Positions 48,897-58,645 of a stretch of 64,000 nt of DNA are shown one piece after another. The number at the start of each line of letters is the position of its first letter. The first letter of the stretch is position 1. Source of the DNA: an uncultured Pseudomonadales bacterium (lineage in GTDB: Bacteria > Patescibacteriota > Microgenomatia > UBA1400 > PJMF01); the NCBI GenBank assembly GCA_964457085.1, contig CAYWDM010000006.1:4302-68301 (forward strand). The letters run 5' to 3'. The notes under the pieces are model-generated. The model was not told where the DNA came from, did no database searches, and saw nothing but the letters and a program-made list of their open reading frames with translations. Made by a program: the position numbers and the translations under genes.

Positions 48897-49961
48897 ATGG
48901 CTGAAAAAAAGATCACTGTTGATGTGTCACATGAAGTTTTTAAAGATAGGAAATCAAAAGACTTTTTTGATCGTCAATTCCCACTAAAAAGTGCTGAAGA
49001 AACACAAATTAAACTCAGGACAGAACTTGTGGAACAAGTATTTGCTTGGAATGAATCCCTGAATGTTGACTCTGATTTCGTACCCCCCAGTGATTTCACA
49101 GTTACTTGGATAGGAGTAAATAATTGGGATGAATTAAAAAATCAAAGTACTTGCCAAAATTGTAGTGCAGAAGTCAAATATGGAGAATCAAATTGTCAAT
49201 CATGCCTAACAGCAAAGCCACATTTTATTCTCACCATCAAAGAAACAGAGTCCACAAGACAATTGTTGAACAGTCCGATCGTAAATCAAAGCTCCATCCC
49301 AACAATTCTGCCTGAGGGATGTGCATACGATATTATTGGAGTTTCAAATCAAACAGAATTAAATAAATTTAGAAATTGTGTGTATTGTGGAGCTCCAGTT
49401 TTGTTTACTTTTCCTGCCTGCACTCACTGTGGAATGAGTAAACCATATGTGCGTCTCACAAATACTGATGATCAAAACTCATCAGCACCAACATGGAAAG
49501 TTGGTGACCTTAAAACAACTGTTAGCCAGGGCGATATGCCGGGATATTTTGAAGATGGAGAGGTTTCCGTCTCATCTGGATGCACGGCTGGAATATGCAA
49601 GGCCACCAAAGTTACTGTATCAGAAAATGCTTCAATCGTGGCTGCTAATGCCATAGAAGTTACCTTAAAAACGAACTCAAAAGCGCATGAAATAGCTGCG
49701 AGATATGTAACCATTCACGCGAATAGCACAGTTCATTCAGTGACAGTATATGACAGTGGCACCTTAATTCTAGACGAAAGCTCAAATATCGATGAATTAT
49801 TTTTAGGTGAAGGTGTGAAAATTGAAGTCAGAGGGATGCCAGAGTTAAGACTACTCCAAAAAATACTCAATGTCTTCCGAACCAGAAAAAAAGGTGTTAG
49901 AAGTGATGTTGCATGTGCACTGCCAAGAGGCATGGAAAAAAGATTGCAAGCAGGACAGTGA
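48897..49961 (+). CDS. hypothetical protein with two zinc-ribbon motifs and a repetitive beta-rich C-terminal region
   Basis: CQNCSAEVKYGESNCQSC and CVYCGAPVLFTFPACTHCG. C-terminal V/T/S-rich repeats may form a bactofilin-like beta-helix. Confidence 0.4.
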   Translation: MAEKKITVDVSHEVFKDRKSKDFFDRQFPLKSAEETQIKLRTELVEQVFAWNESLNVDSDFVPPSDFTVTWIGVNNWDELKNQSTCQNCSAEVKYGESNCQSCLTAKPHFILTIKETESTRQLLNSPIVNQSSIPTILPEGCAYDIIGVSNQTELNKFRNCVYCGAPVLFTFPACTHCGMSKPYVRLTNTDDQNSSAPTWKVGDLKTTVSQGDMPGYFEDGEVSVSSGCTAGICKATKVTVSENASIVAANAIEVTLKTNSKAHEIAARYVTIHANSTVHSVTVYDSGTLILDESSNIDELFLGEGVKIEVRGMPELRLLQKILNVFRTRKKGVRSDVACALPRGMEKRLQAGQ

Positions 49962-49987
49962 TTGTTATTCTCTCAGAGAGACCCAAT

Positions 49988-50956
49988 TTAAATCGAAAAT
50001 AGAATTCTTAGGATCATGGTGTGAGATAAATATATCTGATACGAGTTTTTTCCAAGAGATAGTAAAAACTGAGCGATATTTTTCGCAAACCTTTTTTCCT
50101 GAATAAACAAGTACAGTGCGAAGTAAAACAATGTGGCATACAACATAGTATCTACATGTGTGAATCGTAGTGCAGTAATTGGATTGATTCCATTCAACAT
50201 ATCGTTTCTTGCTCTATAAATTACAACCACCAAAAAAAACAGACAAAGAAGTTTTGTGACTAGAATACATTTTTTCCTAGATTGTATCCAGTGAATTATT
50301 CTTGAAGCATGCATGCCGAGAATAAAATAAAAAATCCAAGTGATACACCAAAAATATTGTTGTTGATCAGTAAACAAATATTTTGAAATAAGACTCGGTG
50401 GTGCAGTAGTGCTGTACAACATATATAGAAATATCTGAAAAATAAATGCTACTAGCAAACTAATCCAGGGAAATTTTTTAACTATCGAACTCACTATAGG
50501 AAACAATATATATAACTGAAAAATCATTGGCACAAAATACAAATGATAATCAGCCTTGCCCAGTAATAACTGTAGTAAAAATGATTTAGTTTTGAGTGGA
50601 TCTTGCCAATGTGGGTTAAATAAAAATATGAGATAACTTACAGCACTAATCAAAATGTATGCTGGCAGCAATTTTTTTGCCTGACTCCACCAAAATTCAA
50701 AATAATGAAGTTTTTTTTGTTGGTATTTTTCCCAAAAACCATACCCTGACAAAATTACAAATAGTGGTACTGAAAACCTGCCTATTTGGTCAATAATCAA
50801 TAATAGTTGCCAACTTGAAGTTTGCAAATCAAAACCATTGGGAATATTTGTCAGAACATGAGCTGTGACCACCGCGACAATGGCAATCCCGCGAAGCAAA
50901 GCATTTGTTTCAAGCACATAACTTGAGTGCGGCTCAACTTCATGCTGTTTTTTCAT
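49988..50956 (-). CDS. acyltransferase family 3 (membrane O-acyltransferase)
   Basis: LRGIAIVAVVTAHV, SVPLFVILSGYG and ten TM helices. Confidence 0.7.
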   Translation of the reverse strand: MKKQHEVEPHSSYVLETNALLRGIAIVAVVTAHVLTNIPNGFDLQTSSWQLLLIIDQIGRFSVPLFVILSGYGFWEKYQQKKLHYFEFWWSQAKKLLPAYILISAVSYLIFLFNPHWQDPLKTKSFLLQLLLGKADYHLYFVPMIFQLYILFPIVSSIVKKFPWISLLVAFIFQIFLYMLYSTTAPPSLISKYLFTDQQQYFWCITWIFYFILGMHASRIIHWIQSRKKCILVTKLLCLFFLVVVIYRARNDMLNGINPITALRFTHVDTMLYATLFYFALYLFIQEKRFAKNIAQFLLSLGKNSYQIYLSHTMILRILFSI

Positions 50957-50970
50957 AAGTGGCTAAAAAA

Positions 50971-51249
50971 TTAGACGGTTTTTCGCTTCTCAAGTTCTGC
51001 TAAAACCATATCCAGTGTAACACCGCGTGCTGCCAACATCACTAAAGTGTGAAACAACAAATCAGCAGTTTCAGAAACTAATCGTCGTTTGTTACTATTT
51101 TTAGCAGCAATCACCACTTCAACAGCTTCTTCACCAACTTTTTGAATAATTCGGTCGTCATTATCTCTGAAGAGCGAAGCAACATATGAATTATCTGGCA
51201 TGTTCTCTTTACGAGCAATGATTATTTTGTAGAGTGCTTGTAATGTCAT
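50971..51249 (-). CDS. hisE: phosphoribosyl-ATP pyrophosphatase
   Basis: 92 aa, [13 protein letters not shown]...[17 protein letters not shown]. Confidence 0.85.
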   Translation of the reverse strand: MTLQALYKIIIARKENMPDNSYVASLFRDNDDRIIQKVGEEAVEVVIAAKNSNKRRLVSETADLLFHTLVMLAARGVTLDMVLAELEKRKTV

Positions 51250-51575
51250 ATCTTCCGTTCAATTAATTTGGTATAAAAACAACTACGAGAGCCAGTGTGA
51301 CAAACTGCCACTCCCTGCAATTCAACTGTGACTAATACAGTATCGGCATCACAGTCTTGATACAACGAGAGAACTTTTAGCTGATTACCCGACTGTTCAC
51401 CCTTTAGCCAAAGTTTTTTTCGACTTCGACTCCAGAAATAAACAAAGCCAGTTTGCTGTGTTTTTTCGAGTGCCTGAGCGTTCATATATCCCAGCATCAA
51501 AACTTCACCAGTAGTTCCATCTTGAATAATGGCTGGCACCAATCCTGAATTTTTATTGAAATCAATTTTTTTCAT
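51246..51575 (-). CDS. hisI: phosphoribosyl-AMP cyclohydrolase
   Basis: GLVPAIIQD...[16 protein letters not shown]...CDADTVL...CHTG. Confidence 0.85.
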   Translation of the reverse strand: MKKIDFNKNSGLVPAIIQDGTTGEVLMLGYMNAQALEKTQQTGFVYFWSRSRKKLWLKGEQSGNQLKVLSLYQDCDADTVLVTVELQGVAVCHTGSRSCFYTKLIERKI

Positions 51576-52332
51576 AGACGTTTCTATTTGGGATTTTTTT
51601 TAATTGCATATATTTTTTTAAATCAGAAATCGTCAACTCACCAAAGTGGAATAGTGAAGCAGCTAATGCACCGTCAGCGACTCCTTCTTCAAATACATCG
51701 GCAAAGTCTGTAATGCTTCCAGCACCTCCAGAAGCAATCACCGGGACAGTGACACTTTGAGAAATAATTCTAGTCAGCTCTAAATCAAATCCCTTCTTGG
51801 TGCCGTCAGCATCCATGCTAGTCAACAAAATCTCACCAGCTCCAAGTCCGACTCCTTCTTTTGCCCAGGATAGAGCGTTAAGCCCTGTTGCAGCAGTACC
51901 ACCATTAATCACTACCTCCCAACCAGTTTTATTTTTTTTAACATCGATCGCCAATACGATACATTGACTACCAAATACCCTTGCAGCTTCGGTAATGAGA
52001 CTGGGTTTTTTAACTGCTGCAGTATTGAGTGAAACCTTATCAGCACCAGCCAATAATACGGTTCTAATATCTTCAATTGAACTAATACCACCTCCGACTG
52101 TAAATGGAATAAAAATAGTTTCAGCAACTTTTTTAACCATCTCGATTATTGTTTTACGTCGATCATTAGTAGCGGTAATGTCTAGGAATACCAACTCGTC
52201 AGCACCTTGGTCATTGTAGAATTTTGCCAATTGCACCGGATCACCAGCATCCTGCAAATTCACAAAATTAACCCCTTTAACCACTCGGCCGTTAGCAATA
52301 TCAAGACAGGGAATAATTCGTTTAGTTAACAT
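51562..52332 (-). CDS. hisF: imidazole glycerol phosphate synthase cyclase subunit
   Basis: [15 protein letters not shown]...[10 protein letters not shown]. Confidence 0.9.
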   Translation of the reverse strand: MLTKRIIPCLDIANGRVVKGVNFVNLQDAGDPVQLAKFYNDQGADELVFLDITATNDRRKTIIEMVKKVAETIFIPFTVGGGISSIEDIRTVLLAGADKVSLNTAAVKKPSLITEAARVFGSQCIVLAIDVKKNKTGWEVVINGGTAATGLNALSWAKEGVGLGAGEILLTSMDADGTKKGFDLELTRIISQSVTVPVIASGGAGSITDFADVFEEGVADGALAASLFHFGELTISDLKKYMQLKKIPNRNVYEKN

Positions 52333-53044
52333 TGTTGACCTCCTGAATTGAGATTTTGCCTTCTAATACTGCTTTGCCAATAATTACTCCTGCTACTTTG
52401 AGAACTGAGAGTGCAATGACATCTGCTTTTGAGGACACTCCACCAGCAACAATGAGTGGCACTGAAAGTAACGACTGTAACTTTTTAACCTCTTCAAAAT
52501 TGGGTTGAGTTAGTGTGCCGTCTCTACTCACATCAGTATAAATAAATGTTTTCACTCCCCATTTTTCTAGCTGTATAGCAGTTTCAAGTAAATCTTGATC
52601 ACTGTTTTCCAACCAACCACGTTTGGCTAATTTGCCATTTTTACTGTCGAGCGAAACAATAATCCTGTCACCGTATTTGTCTAGCATTTGTTTTATCAGT
52701 GATTCGTTCTCTAAAGCCACCGTGCCAATAATTACTTTTGTGTCTCCAATTTTTAAAAGCTTCTCGACACTAGCAAGAGACTGAATGCCGCCACCAACTT
52801 GAACAGGAATGGTAACCGCGGTAATGATTTTTTTTATGATGACTAGATTGATTGATCGACCAACTTTGGCACCATCAAGATCCACGATGTGTAGTGCTCT
52901 AGCTCCTGCAGTTTGCAAGCGTAGAGCCATTGCCACAGGATCTTGGCCATAGATTGTTTCCAAAGCATAATCACCTTGTTGTAAGCGGACACAATTGCCA
53001 GCTCTAATATCAATAGCGGGAATAACTAGCATAATAGCCTCCAA
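52322..53044 (-). CDS. hisA: ProFAR isomerase
   Basis: [15 protein letters not shown]...LHIVDLDGA. Confidence 0.85.
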   Translation of the reverse strand: MEAIMLVIPAIDIRAGNCVRLQQGDYALETIYGQDPVAMALRLQTAGARALHIVDLDGAKVGRSINLVIIKKIITAVTIPVQVGGGIQSLASVEKLLKIGDTKVIIGTVALENESLIKQMLDKYGDRIIVSLDSKNGKLAKRGWLENSDQDLLETAIQLEKWGVKTFIYTDVSRDGTLTQPNFEEVKKLQSLLSVPLIVAGGVSSKADVIALSVLKVAGVIIGKAVLEGKISIQEVNNVN

Positions 53045-53625
53045 AAGTTTTCTAATACCTGGAGACCTGCCTCACCACTTTTCTCTGGGTGAAACTGTAC
53101 TCCATAGATATTTTTTGACTCAATCACACTGCAAAAGTCTTGACCATAATTAGTTACGCCAGTAACGTTTTTGGTGTCAATCGGATTGCAGTAATATGAG
53201 TGTACAAAGTAAAAATACGAATTATTTGTAATACCCTGCAACAACTGCGAATTTAATGCATTGACTTGGTTCCAGCCGACTTGGGGCACCTTTAAATTAG
53301 TTTTCAATTTTTGAACCTCACCATTAATCAAATCGAGACAATTGACACCACCTTCTTCACTAAATGAAAAAAATAATTGCATCCCCAAACAAATTCCTAG
53401 TAATGGTTTACCACTAGCAACTTGCTCAGTTATCACAACATCAAGATTTCGCTGTCGCAGATTTTTCATACCTGCACCTGCGGCACCCACTCCTGGCAAA
53501 ATTAAACCTGTTGCCTGCTGAATATCGCCAGTTTGATTCGATATTTTGAAAGGAATGCTGAGTCGAGAAAGTGCATTTGCCACACTCGCCAAATTTCCCA
53601 ATCCATAATCAATAATTACTATCAT
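53026..53625 (-). CDS. hisH: imidazole glycerol phosphate synthase glutaminase subunit
   Basis: IVIIDYGLGNLASV, GICLGMQ catalytic Cys, HPEKS. Confidence 0.9.
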   Translation of the reverse strand: MIVIIDYGLGNLASVANALSRLSIPFKISNQTGDIQQATGLILPGVGAAGAGMKNLRQRNLDVVITEQVASGKPLLGICLGMQLFFSFSEEGGVNCLDLINGEVQKLKTNLKVPQVGWNQVNALNSQLLQGITNNSYFYFVHSYYCNPIDTKNVTGVTNYGQDFCSVIESKNIYGVQFHPEKSGEAGLQVLENFWRLLC

Positions 53626-54215
53626 AATGAACCCTTCGTCGATGGTATTTGTGTCAGTGCTCTCTGGTCATATTCACAAGCAGCTCGAATTGCTCGAGCC
53701 ATTGCTTTGAATATGCCTTCGATTTTGTGGTGATCATTGCGACCATTTTCAACCTTAATGAAAACATTGGCTTTGGCGTTTTGGGCAAAACCATCCCAAA
53801 AGTCGTAAACCAGCTCAGTGCTAAGATCTCCAACCTTGTCACGGTTAAAGTCACAATCGAGAGCGAAGGCATACCGTCCAGAAAAATCTATGGCTACCGT
53901 CACTAGTACCTCATCCATTGGCAATACAAAGAATCCATAACGATTAATGCCACGCTTCTCTCCAAGTGACTGCGCGAATGCCTGGCCTAAAACAATACCG
54001 ATATCTTCTACTGTGTGGTGCTCATCAATAAAAATATCTCCCTGAGCTACCAGTGCTAGATCAAATAAGCCGTGTTTGGCAAATAATTCCAGCATGTGTG
54101 ATAAAAAACCTACTGGCACAGTGATTTGTCGCTGTCCGGTTCCATCAACACTAAGTGATAACTCAATTTGAGTTTCAGTGGTAATGCGGGTAATTACGGC
54201 GGAACGTTTTTTCAT
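53622..54215 (-). CDS. hisB: imidazoleglycerol-phosphate dehydratase (monofunctional)
   Basis: RITTETQIELSL...DEHHTVEDIGI...AMARAIR. Confidence 0.9.
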   Translation of the reverse strand: MKKRSAVITRITTETQIELSLSVDGTGQRQITVPVGFLSHMLELFAKHGLFDLALVAQGDIFIDEHHTVEDIGIVLGQAFAQSLGEKRGINRYGFFVLPMDEVLVTVAIDFSGRYAFALDCDFNRDKVGDLSTELVYDFWDGFAQNAKANVFIKVENGRNDHHKIEGIFKAMARAIRAACEYDQRALTQIPSTKGSL

Positions 54216-56053
54216 AACAGGAGTCTTTCGATTTCGTTGGTGCCTGCAACTTCAAACTCAGCTGCACTACCAGTGCCGACAAAGATACATGGCATCTGAG
54301 CTGACTTCGCAGCCAATACATCATTAATACTGTCGCCAACATAGATTGGCCGATTACTATCAAGCAGTGCAGCAGCTTGTAATAATGGATCTGGAAATGG
54401 TTTTTCTCGCAAAGTGTCCTCTTTACCAACTACAAATTTTTCTTGAATTAGTGCCGGTGATATCTTTAGATTTCTCAGTGCAAACAATGCCTCAAACTTT
54501 GGTCTCCCCGTAGCAACTCCAACCTTGTATTTATTAGCAATCTTTTTCAGGACTGCTAAATCTATCAACAGTATTTCATTAGCAATCAGTCCCGATTGCT
54601 CACTAATTGGAGCTAGTCGTTGATATATCTCAAAAAATAACTCAGAGCCTAAATAAAAACTCTGAAAAATATCTTTTATTTTTTGGTACTCTGAACTATT
54701 TTTTATTTGATCACTAAGAGCTGTGATTTTTTTCTTAAATTGAGTACGATAGATTTTTTTTGAGAGTAATTGTATGAGTGCAAACGACAGATCCCAATCA
54801 TTATTGAATCCTGGAATCAACTTCATGGACTCAACATCTTCGGCGGCTATAACTGTGTGCAAACCATAATTATTTTGTAGCACGTACTCAACCGTTAATT
54901 TGATTGCCTGGCGATATGACTGCGAGACATCTATCAGTACACCATCCATATCAAAAATAACGCTATCTAACTTTGGTTTAGAATATTCCCTGAGTGCTGC
55001 CAACAACTTGTCATTCTGGCGACGAGTGCCGATACTGATGCGAATTGCACTGTAAGCTGTGTAGTAGCGAACCACAATTTTTCGCTTCTCCAGAATTTCC
55101 TGTAACTGCGAGAGTCGATCCATCACAATAAACAGCGAGTTTGCTGCTGATGGATACACCGTAAAGCAGGACAATTTTTCAAGTTCATTATTTAAACGAG
55201 TTCGCTCTGCAACAATTGTCGCCAGCATTTTTTCTCTCCAAGTGGTATCAGAGAGAGCAGCGATTCCTGCCTCATTTGCAGCCAAGTTAACATTGTATGG
55301 TGGTTTAATCTTAAACAGCTGCTGCACAAAAAACTCATTCATCACCCCATATCCCAATCGCAAACCTGCCAATCCCGCCCATTTACTCAGAGTTCGTAGC
55401 ACGATTAAGTTGGGATACTGCTCCAGTAGTGAGATTACACTCTTACCAGAAAACTCAAAATAGGCTTCGTCCACAATGACCAGCTTACCGGTTTTTAATA
55501 ACGTAATGATTTCTTCCTCGCCACTGACAGTCCCGGTAGGATTATTTGGCGAACAAATTACGATTGCCTTGGTACGAGCTGTGACTGCTTTTCTAATCCC
55601 TATCAGATCCAATGAAAAATCAGCATTTCTGGCAACCGCAACTACCACACCACGATTCAACTGTACCGACACACAGTACATGCCAAATGTTGGCGGACAG
55701 TTGATTACTTCGTCGCCATTATTCAGGATCAATCGGAATAGTAAATCCAACAGTTCGTCTGACCCTGAACCAACCATGATATTTTTAACAGCGGCACCAG
55801 TATATTCAGCCAGTGCAAAGCGTAACTGCATATATTCAGGATCAGGATAAAAATTATATTTTGGTTGTCCTCGTAGTGCTTTCTGCACTAATGGTGAGTA
55901 GCCAAATTGATTTTCACCCGCGTCAAGTTTAATAACATCTTCAGAATTTTGACCAAACTTCTCTGCCAAATCCCACAGCGATGCTACCGGCAGATAGGCC
56001 GACATCGCTGCGATATCCTTTCGGATCATATTTTGTATAGTATTTTTTTTCAT
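54212..56053 (-). CDS. hisC: histidinol-phosphate aminotransferase fused to a C-terminal HAD-family phosphatase
   Basis: N-terminal aminotransferase class I/II with PLP-Lys region LRTLSKWAGLAGLRLGY. C-terminal HAD motifs FDMDGVLID (I), VATGRP (II) and VGDSINDVLAAK (IV). Start set at MKKNTIQ. Confidence 0.8.
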   Translation of the reverse strand: MKKNTIQNMIRKDIAAMSAYLPVASLWDLAEKFGQNSEDVIKLDAGENQFGYSPLVQKALRGQPKYNFYPDPEYMQLRFALAEYTGAAVKNIMVGSGSDELLDLLFRLILNNGDEVINCPPTFGMYCVSVQLNRGVVVAVARNADFSLDLIGIRKAVTARTKAIVICSPNNPTGTVSGEEEIITLLKTGKLVIVDEAYFEFSGKSVISLLEQYPNLIVLRTLSKWAGLAGLRLGYGVMNEFFVQQLFKIKPPYNVNLAANEAGIAALSDTTWREKMLATIVAERTRLNNELEKLSCFTVYPSAANSLFIVMDRLSQLQEILEKRKIVVRYYTAYSAIRISIGTRRQNDKLLAALREYSKPKLDSVIFDMDGVLIDVSQSYRQAIKLTVEYVLQNNYGLHTVIAAEDVESMKLIPGFNNDWDLSFALIQLLSKKIYRTQFKKKITALSDQIKNSSEYQKIKDIFQSFYLGSELFFEIYQRLAPISEQSGLIANEILLIDLAVLKKIANKYKVGVATGRPKFEALFALRNLKISPALIQEKFVVGKEDTLREKPFPDPLLQAAALLDSNRPIYVGDSINDVLAAKSAQMPCIFVGTGSAAEFEVAGTNEIERLLL

Positions 56054-56060
56054 ATTTTTT

Positions 56061-57353
56061 TTAATTTCTAAATCGAATCTCGCAGGCAACTTTGTGAGCG
56101 GGTAGCTCCTCTATCTCAGCTAAGGTTTCGATGGTTTTTCGTAAATTATTTAGTCCTGTTTTGCTACAGCGCTGTACCTGCATCCATTTGCCATAACAAT
56201 CAACTCCTAGAGGTGGGTACATCTTAGCCATGCCCCCAGTTGGTAGTACGTGGTTGGCACCTGTTGCATAATCCCCTGCTGATTTGGCTGTCCAATTTCC
56301 TAAGAAAATTGAACCTGCATTTACAATCTCACTGACCACTGCTTCAGGATCTTTAGTCATGATCTCTAAGTGCTCAGGAGCGTATTCATTGGTAAAAGCA
56401 ATTGCTTCTTCCAGTGAATCAACTACAGCTACTAAACCAAACTTAACTAATGATTCAGTTAGACGCTCGGCAGTTGCCAACAGTGGCACTTGTTTCTCGA
56501 TTTCAGCAATTGTTTGCTCAGCAATCTCCAGCGAAGTAGTGACTAAAACACATGCTGAATCATTACCGTGTTCACCATCTGCCAAGAGATCGGCAGCAAT
56601 GAACGCTGGGTTAGCAGTCTCATCAGCGATTACAAATACTTCAGAAGGACCAGCTGGCATATCGATACTAATTGATTCAAGTGCCAGCATCTTTGCAGCA
56701 GTTACCGCAGCACCACCAGCACCAAAGATCTTAGAGACTTTTGGTACAGATTCTGTGCCATAGGTCATAGCTGCGATTGCCAGTGGTCCACCCAGTTTAA
56801 AAATCTCGGTCAATCCAATCATGTCAGCAGCCACCAATGTTGGTGCTGGAATCTGACCAGTGCCTCGTGCCGGTGAACAGAGCACAATCTGTGTACAACC
56901 AGCAATCTGTGCTGGAATCGCACTCATCAATACTGATGAAGGATAAATAGCTTTGCCACCAGGAATATATAATCCAACTTTCTCGATTGCTCGCCACTCA
57001 CGCCAAACTGCCACTCCAACTTCTGGTCGCACTACAGTATCCAGTTTGGTGGGTAACTGTGCGGAGTGCACGGCAGTAATATTGCGAATCATTTGACGAA
57101 TTGACTCAATAAAGTCTTGATTAACTTCTCGGTAAGCCTGATTAATCTCCTCAGAAGTAACTTTAATTGAAGTGAAATTCTGACCTGCAAAACGCTTGGC
57201 AGCATCAGCATATAGTGCTCTGTCGCCATCCTGTTTCACCGACTCCATGATTTGTTTCACTTGAGGCATGATTTGAGAATCATCGCCTGCACTGCGAGCC
57301 ATAATTCTTTGATAATCACTGGCCGATAAATCTTTAAGTTTAATAACTTGCAT
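56061..57353 (-). CDS. hisD: histidinol dehydrogenase
   Basis: Conserved HisD segments (CSPARGTGQ, GEHGNDS, DYATGANHVLPTGG). Confidence 0.9.
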   Translation of the reverse strand: MQVIKLKDLSASDYQRIMARSAGDDSQIMPQVKQIMESVKQDGDRALYADAAKRFAGQNFTSIKVTSEEINQAYREVNQDFIESIRQMIRNITAVHSAQLPTKLDTVVRPEVGVAVWREWRAIEKVGLYIPGGKAIYPSSVLMSAIPAQIAGCTQIVLCSPARGTGQIPAPTLVAADMIGLTEIFKLGGPLAIAAMTYGTESVPKVSKIFGAGGAAVTAAKMLALESISIDMPAGPSEVFVIADETANPAFIAADLLADGEHGNDSACVLVTTSLEIAEQTIAEIEKQVPLLATAERLTESLVKFGLVAVVDSLEEAIAFTNEYAPEHLEIMTKDPEAVVSEIVNAGSIFLGNWTAKSAGDYATGANHVLPTGGMAKMYPPLGVDCYGKWMQVQRCSKTGLNNLRKTIETLAEIEELPAHKVACEIRFRN

Positions 57354-57362
57354 ATAATTCCT

Positions 57363-58244
57363 TTACAAAATAATTTTTTCGATTGGTAAGACAATAATTC
57401 CAGTGGCACCAGCAGCTTTGAGTTTTTCAATGGTTTCCCAAAACACATCCTCTTTAATTACAGTTTGGATCGAGACCCAACCGTCCTGAGCTAGTGGTGA
57501 AACTGTCGGCGATTTAAGTCCGGGAGTAATTTTCTGCAAATTTGACAAAATATCTTCTGGAGCATTCATCATCACGTATTTATAGGTTTTGGCTGAAAGT
57601 ACGGCTTTGAAACGAACCAACAATCTTTTTATTAATCGCAGTTTGGCTGCATCCACCATGCTGGTGCCATTGGCAATACAAACCGCTTCACAGTCATAGA
57701 TTTTTGCCAGTTGTCGCAAATCATTAAGTGCCATAGTGCTGCCAGTAGCAGTGAGGTCAGCGATGGCGTCAGCAACTCCCAACATCGGTGCTATCTCCAC
57801 CGAACCGCTAATCTTGATTGTCTCCACCGACATGCCACTTTTCTTAAAAAAATTCTTGGTTGAGTTCGGGTAGGAAGTGGCAATCGTTTTTCCGTCTAAA
57901 TCTACTAATTCAACGACAGGCGATTCTTTGGGGACCGCCAATGTCAGAGCACAAAATCCATACCGCAGATTTAAAAGTTTCTTGACGTTTTTTGGTCGTT
58001 CTTCGTACAGTAAATTTTGACCCACAATACCCATATCCACACTACCAGAAGCTACATAATCGGGAATATCGTCGTCACGCATGTAGATAATTTCTAAAGG
58101 AAAATTGCGACAAGTAGAAAACAACTTAGATTTATAACTGGCAAATTCCAGTCCAGCACTTCGCAAAAAACTAATGGTTTCGTCAGTCAGACGACCACTT
58201 TTTTGAATAGCTAATTTTAGATTTTTTTGATTCATGTTTTGCAT
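57363..58244 (-). CDS. hisG: ATP phosphoribosyltransferase, long form with regulatory domain
   Basis: LKLAIQKSGRL...DIPDYVASGSVDMGIVG. About 290 aa, so it includes the C-terminal regulatory domain. Start at ATG 58244 or 58235; the ORF track uses TTG at 58256. Confidence 0.85.
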   Translation of the reverse strand: MQNMNQKNLKLAIQKSGRLTDETISFLRSAGLEFASYKSKLFSTCRNFPLEIIYMRDDDIPDYVASGSVDMGIVGQNLLYEERPKNVKKLLNLRYGFCALTLAVPKESPVVELVDLDGKTIATSYPNSTKNFFKKSGMSVETIKISGSVEIAPMLGVADAIADLTATGSTMALNDLRQLAKIYDCEAVCIANGTSMVDAAKLRLIKRLLVRFKAVLSAKTYKYVMMNAPEDILSNLQKITPGLKSPTVSPLAQDGWVSIQTVIKEDVFWETIEKLKAAGATGIIVLPIEKIIL

Positions 58245-58259
58245 AATTACTTTCAATTT

Positions 58260-58332
58260 GGGTGGCTGAGGGGAGTTGCACCCCCGGCCTTCTCCTCCAC
58301 AAGGAGATGCTCTACGGTTGAGCTACAGCCAC
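58260..58332 (-). tRNA. tRNA-His (anticodon GUG)-like gene with G-1 and C73, non-canonical D- and T-loops
   Basis: Manual fold of minus-strand GGTGGCTGTAGCTCAACCGTAGAGCATCTCCTTGTGGAGGAGAAGGCCGGGGGTGCAACTCCCCTCAGCCACC. Eight-bp acceptor including the His-specific G-1:C73 pair, anticodon loop UUGUGGA. D-loop AACCGUA lacks GG; T-loop is UGCAACU (G at position 55). Confidence 0.6.
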
Positions 58333-58354
58333 CATCTTTTAAACGAGTGGTTAA

Positions 58355-58422
58355 TAAAAAACCTCCCGTTCATTTCTCACCAACACCAGCAAAACCAGTG
58401 GTTGGTAAAAAAGGAACGAGAG
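58355..58422 (-). terminator. second leader hairpin: 10-bp stem (CCUCUCGUUC/GAACGGGAGG) with an internal nested hairpin, followed by U6
   Basis: Seen in the minus-strand transcript between the T-box-like terminator and the tRNA-His-like gene. Confidence 0.4.
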
Positions 58423-58426
58423 GCAA

Positions 58427-58610
58427 TAAAAAAGGACCTCCCGCGGTCCCATCCTTCATTCTCTGAGGTATTTCTCCTCAAAGCTCTCAGGCCGGCTCCG
58501 CACGTGCGACATCGGCTGTTGTATTTAACGGTTCAACTTCCGTAAGACATTTTGGCCTTCAGCTCATGGATCGTGACTCCACTCAAACGCTTTATTGGTA
58601 TTAACTTGTA
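58427..58610 (-). promoter_or_regulatory. candidate T-box riboswitch leader (His-specific) with terminator
   Basis: Minus-strand RNA has AAGGA-UGGGACCGCGG (58440-58450), matching the T-box core UGGNACCGCGG, with N=G complementary to the tRNA-His discriminator C73. Terminator GGACC-GCGGGA-GGUCC plus U6 at 58427-58448. CAC codon within GUCGCACGUGCG at 58503-58505. Confidence 0.45.
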
Positions 58611-58616
58611 TGCGAG

Positions 58617-58645
58617 TATTTTAATTGAGGAAGTAACAAATGTCA
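58617..58645 (-). promoter_or_regulatory. sigma-70 promoter of the his leader (TTGACA-17-TAAAAT)
   Basis: -35 at 58640-58645 and -10 at 58617-58622 on the minus strand, with 17-nt spacing. Confidence 0.6.

Noticed and set aside
58227-58545. Plus-strand ORFs of 79 and 89 aa
   Set aside because: They overlap the tRNA-His-like gene and the his leader on the opposite strand. Low-complexity translation.
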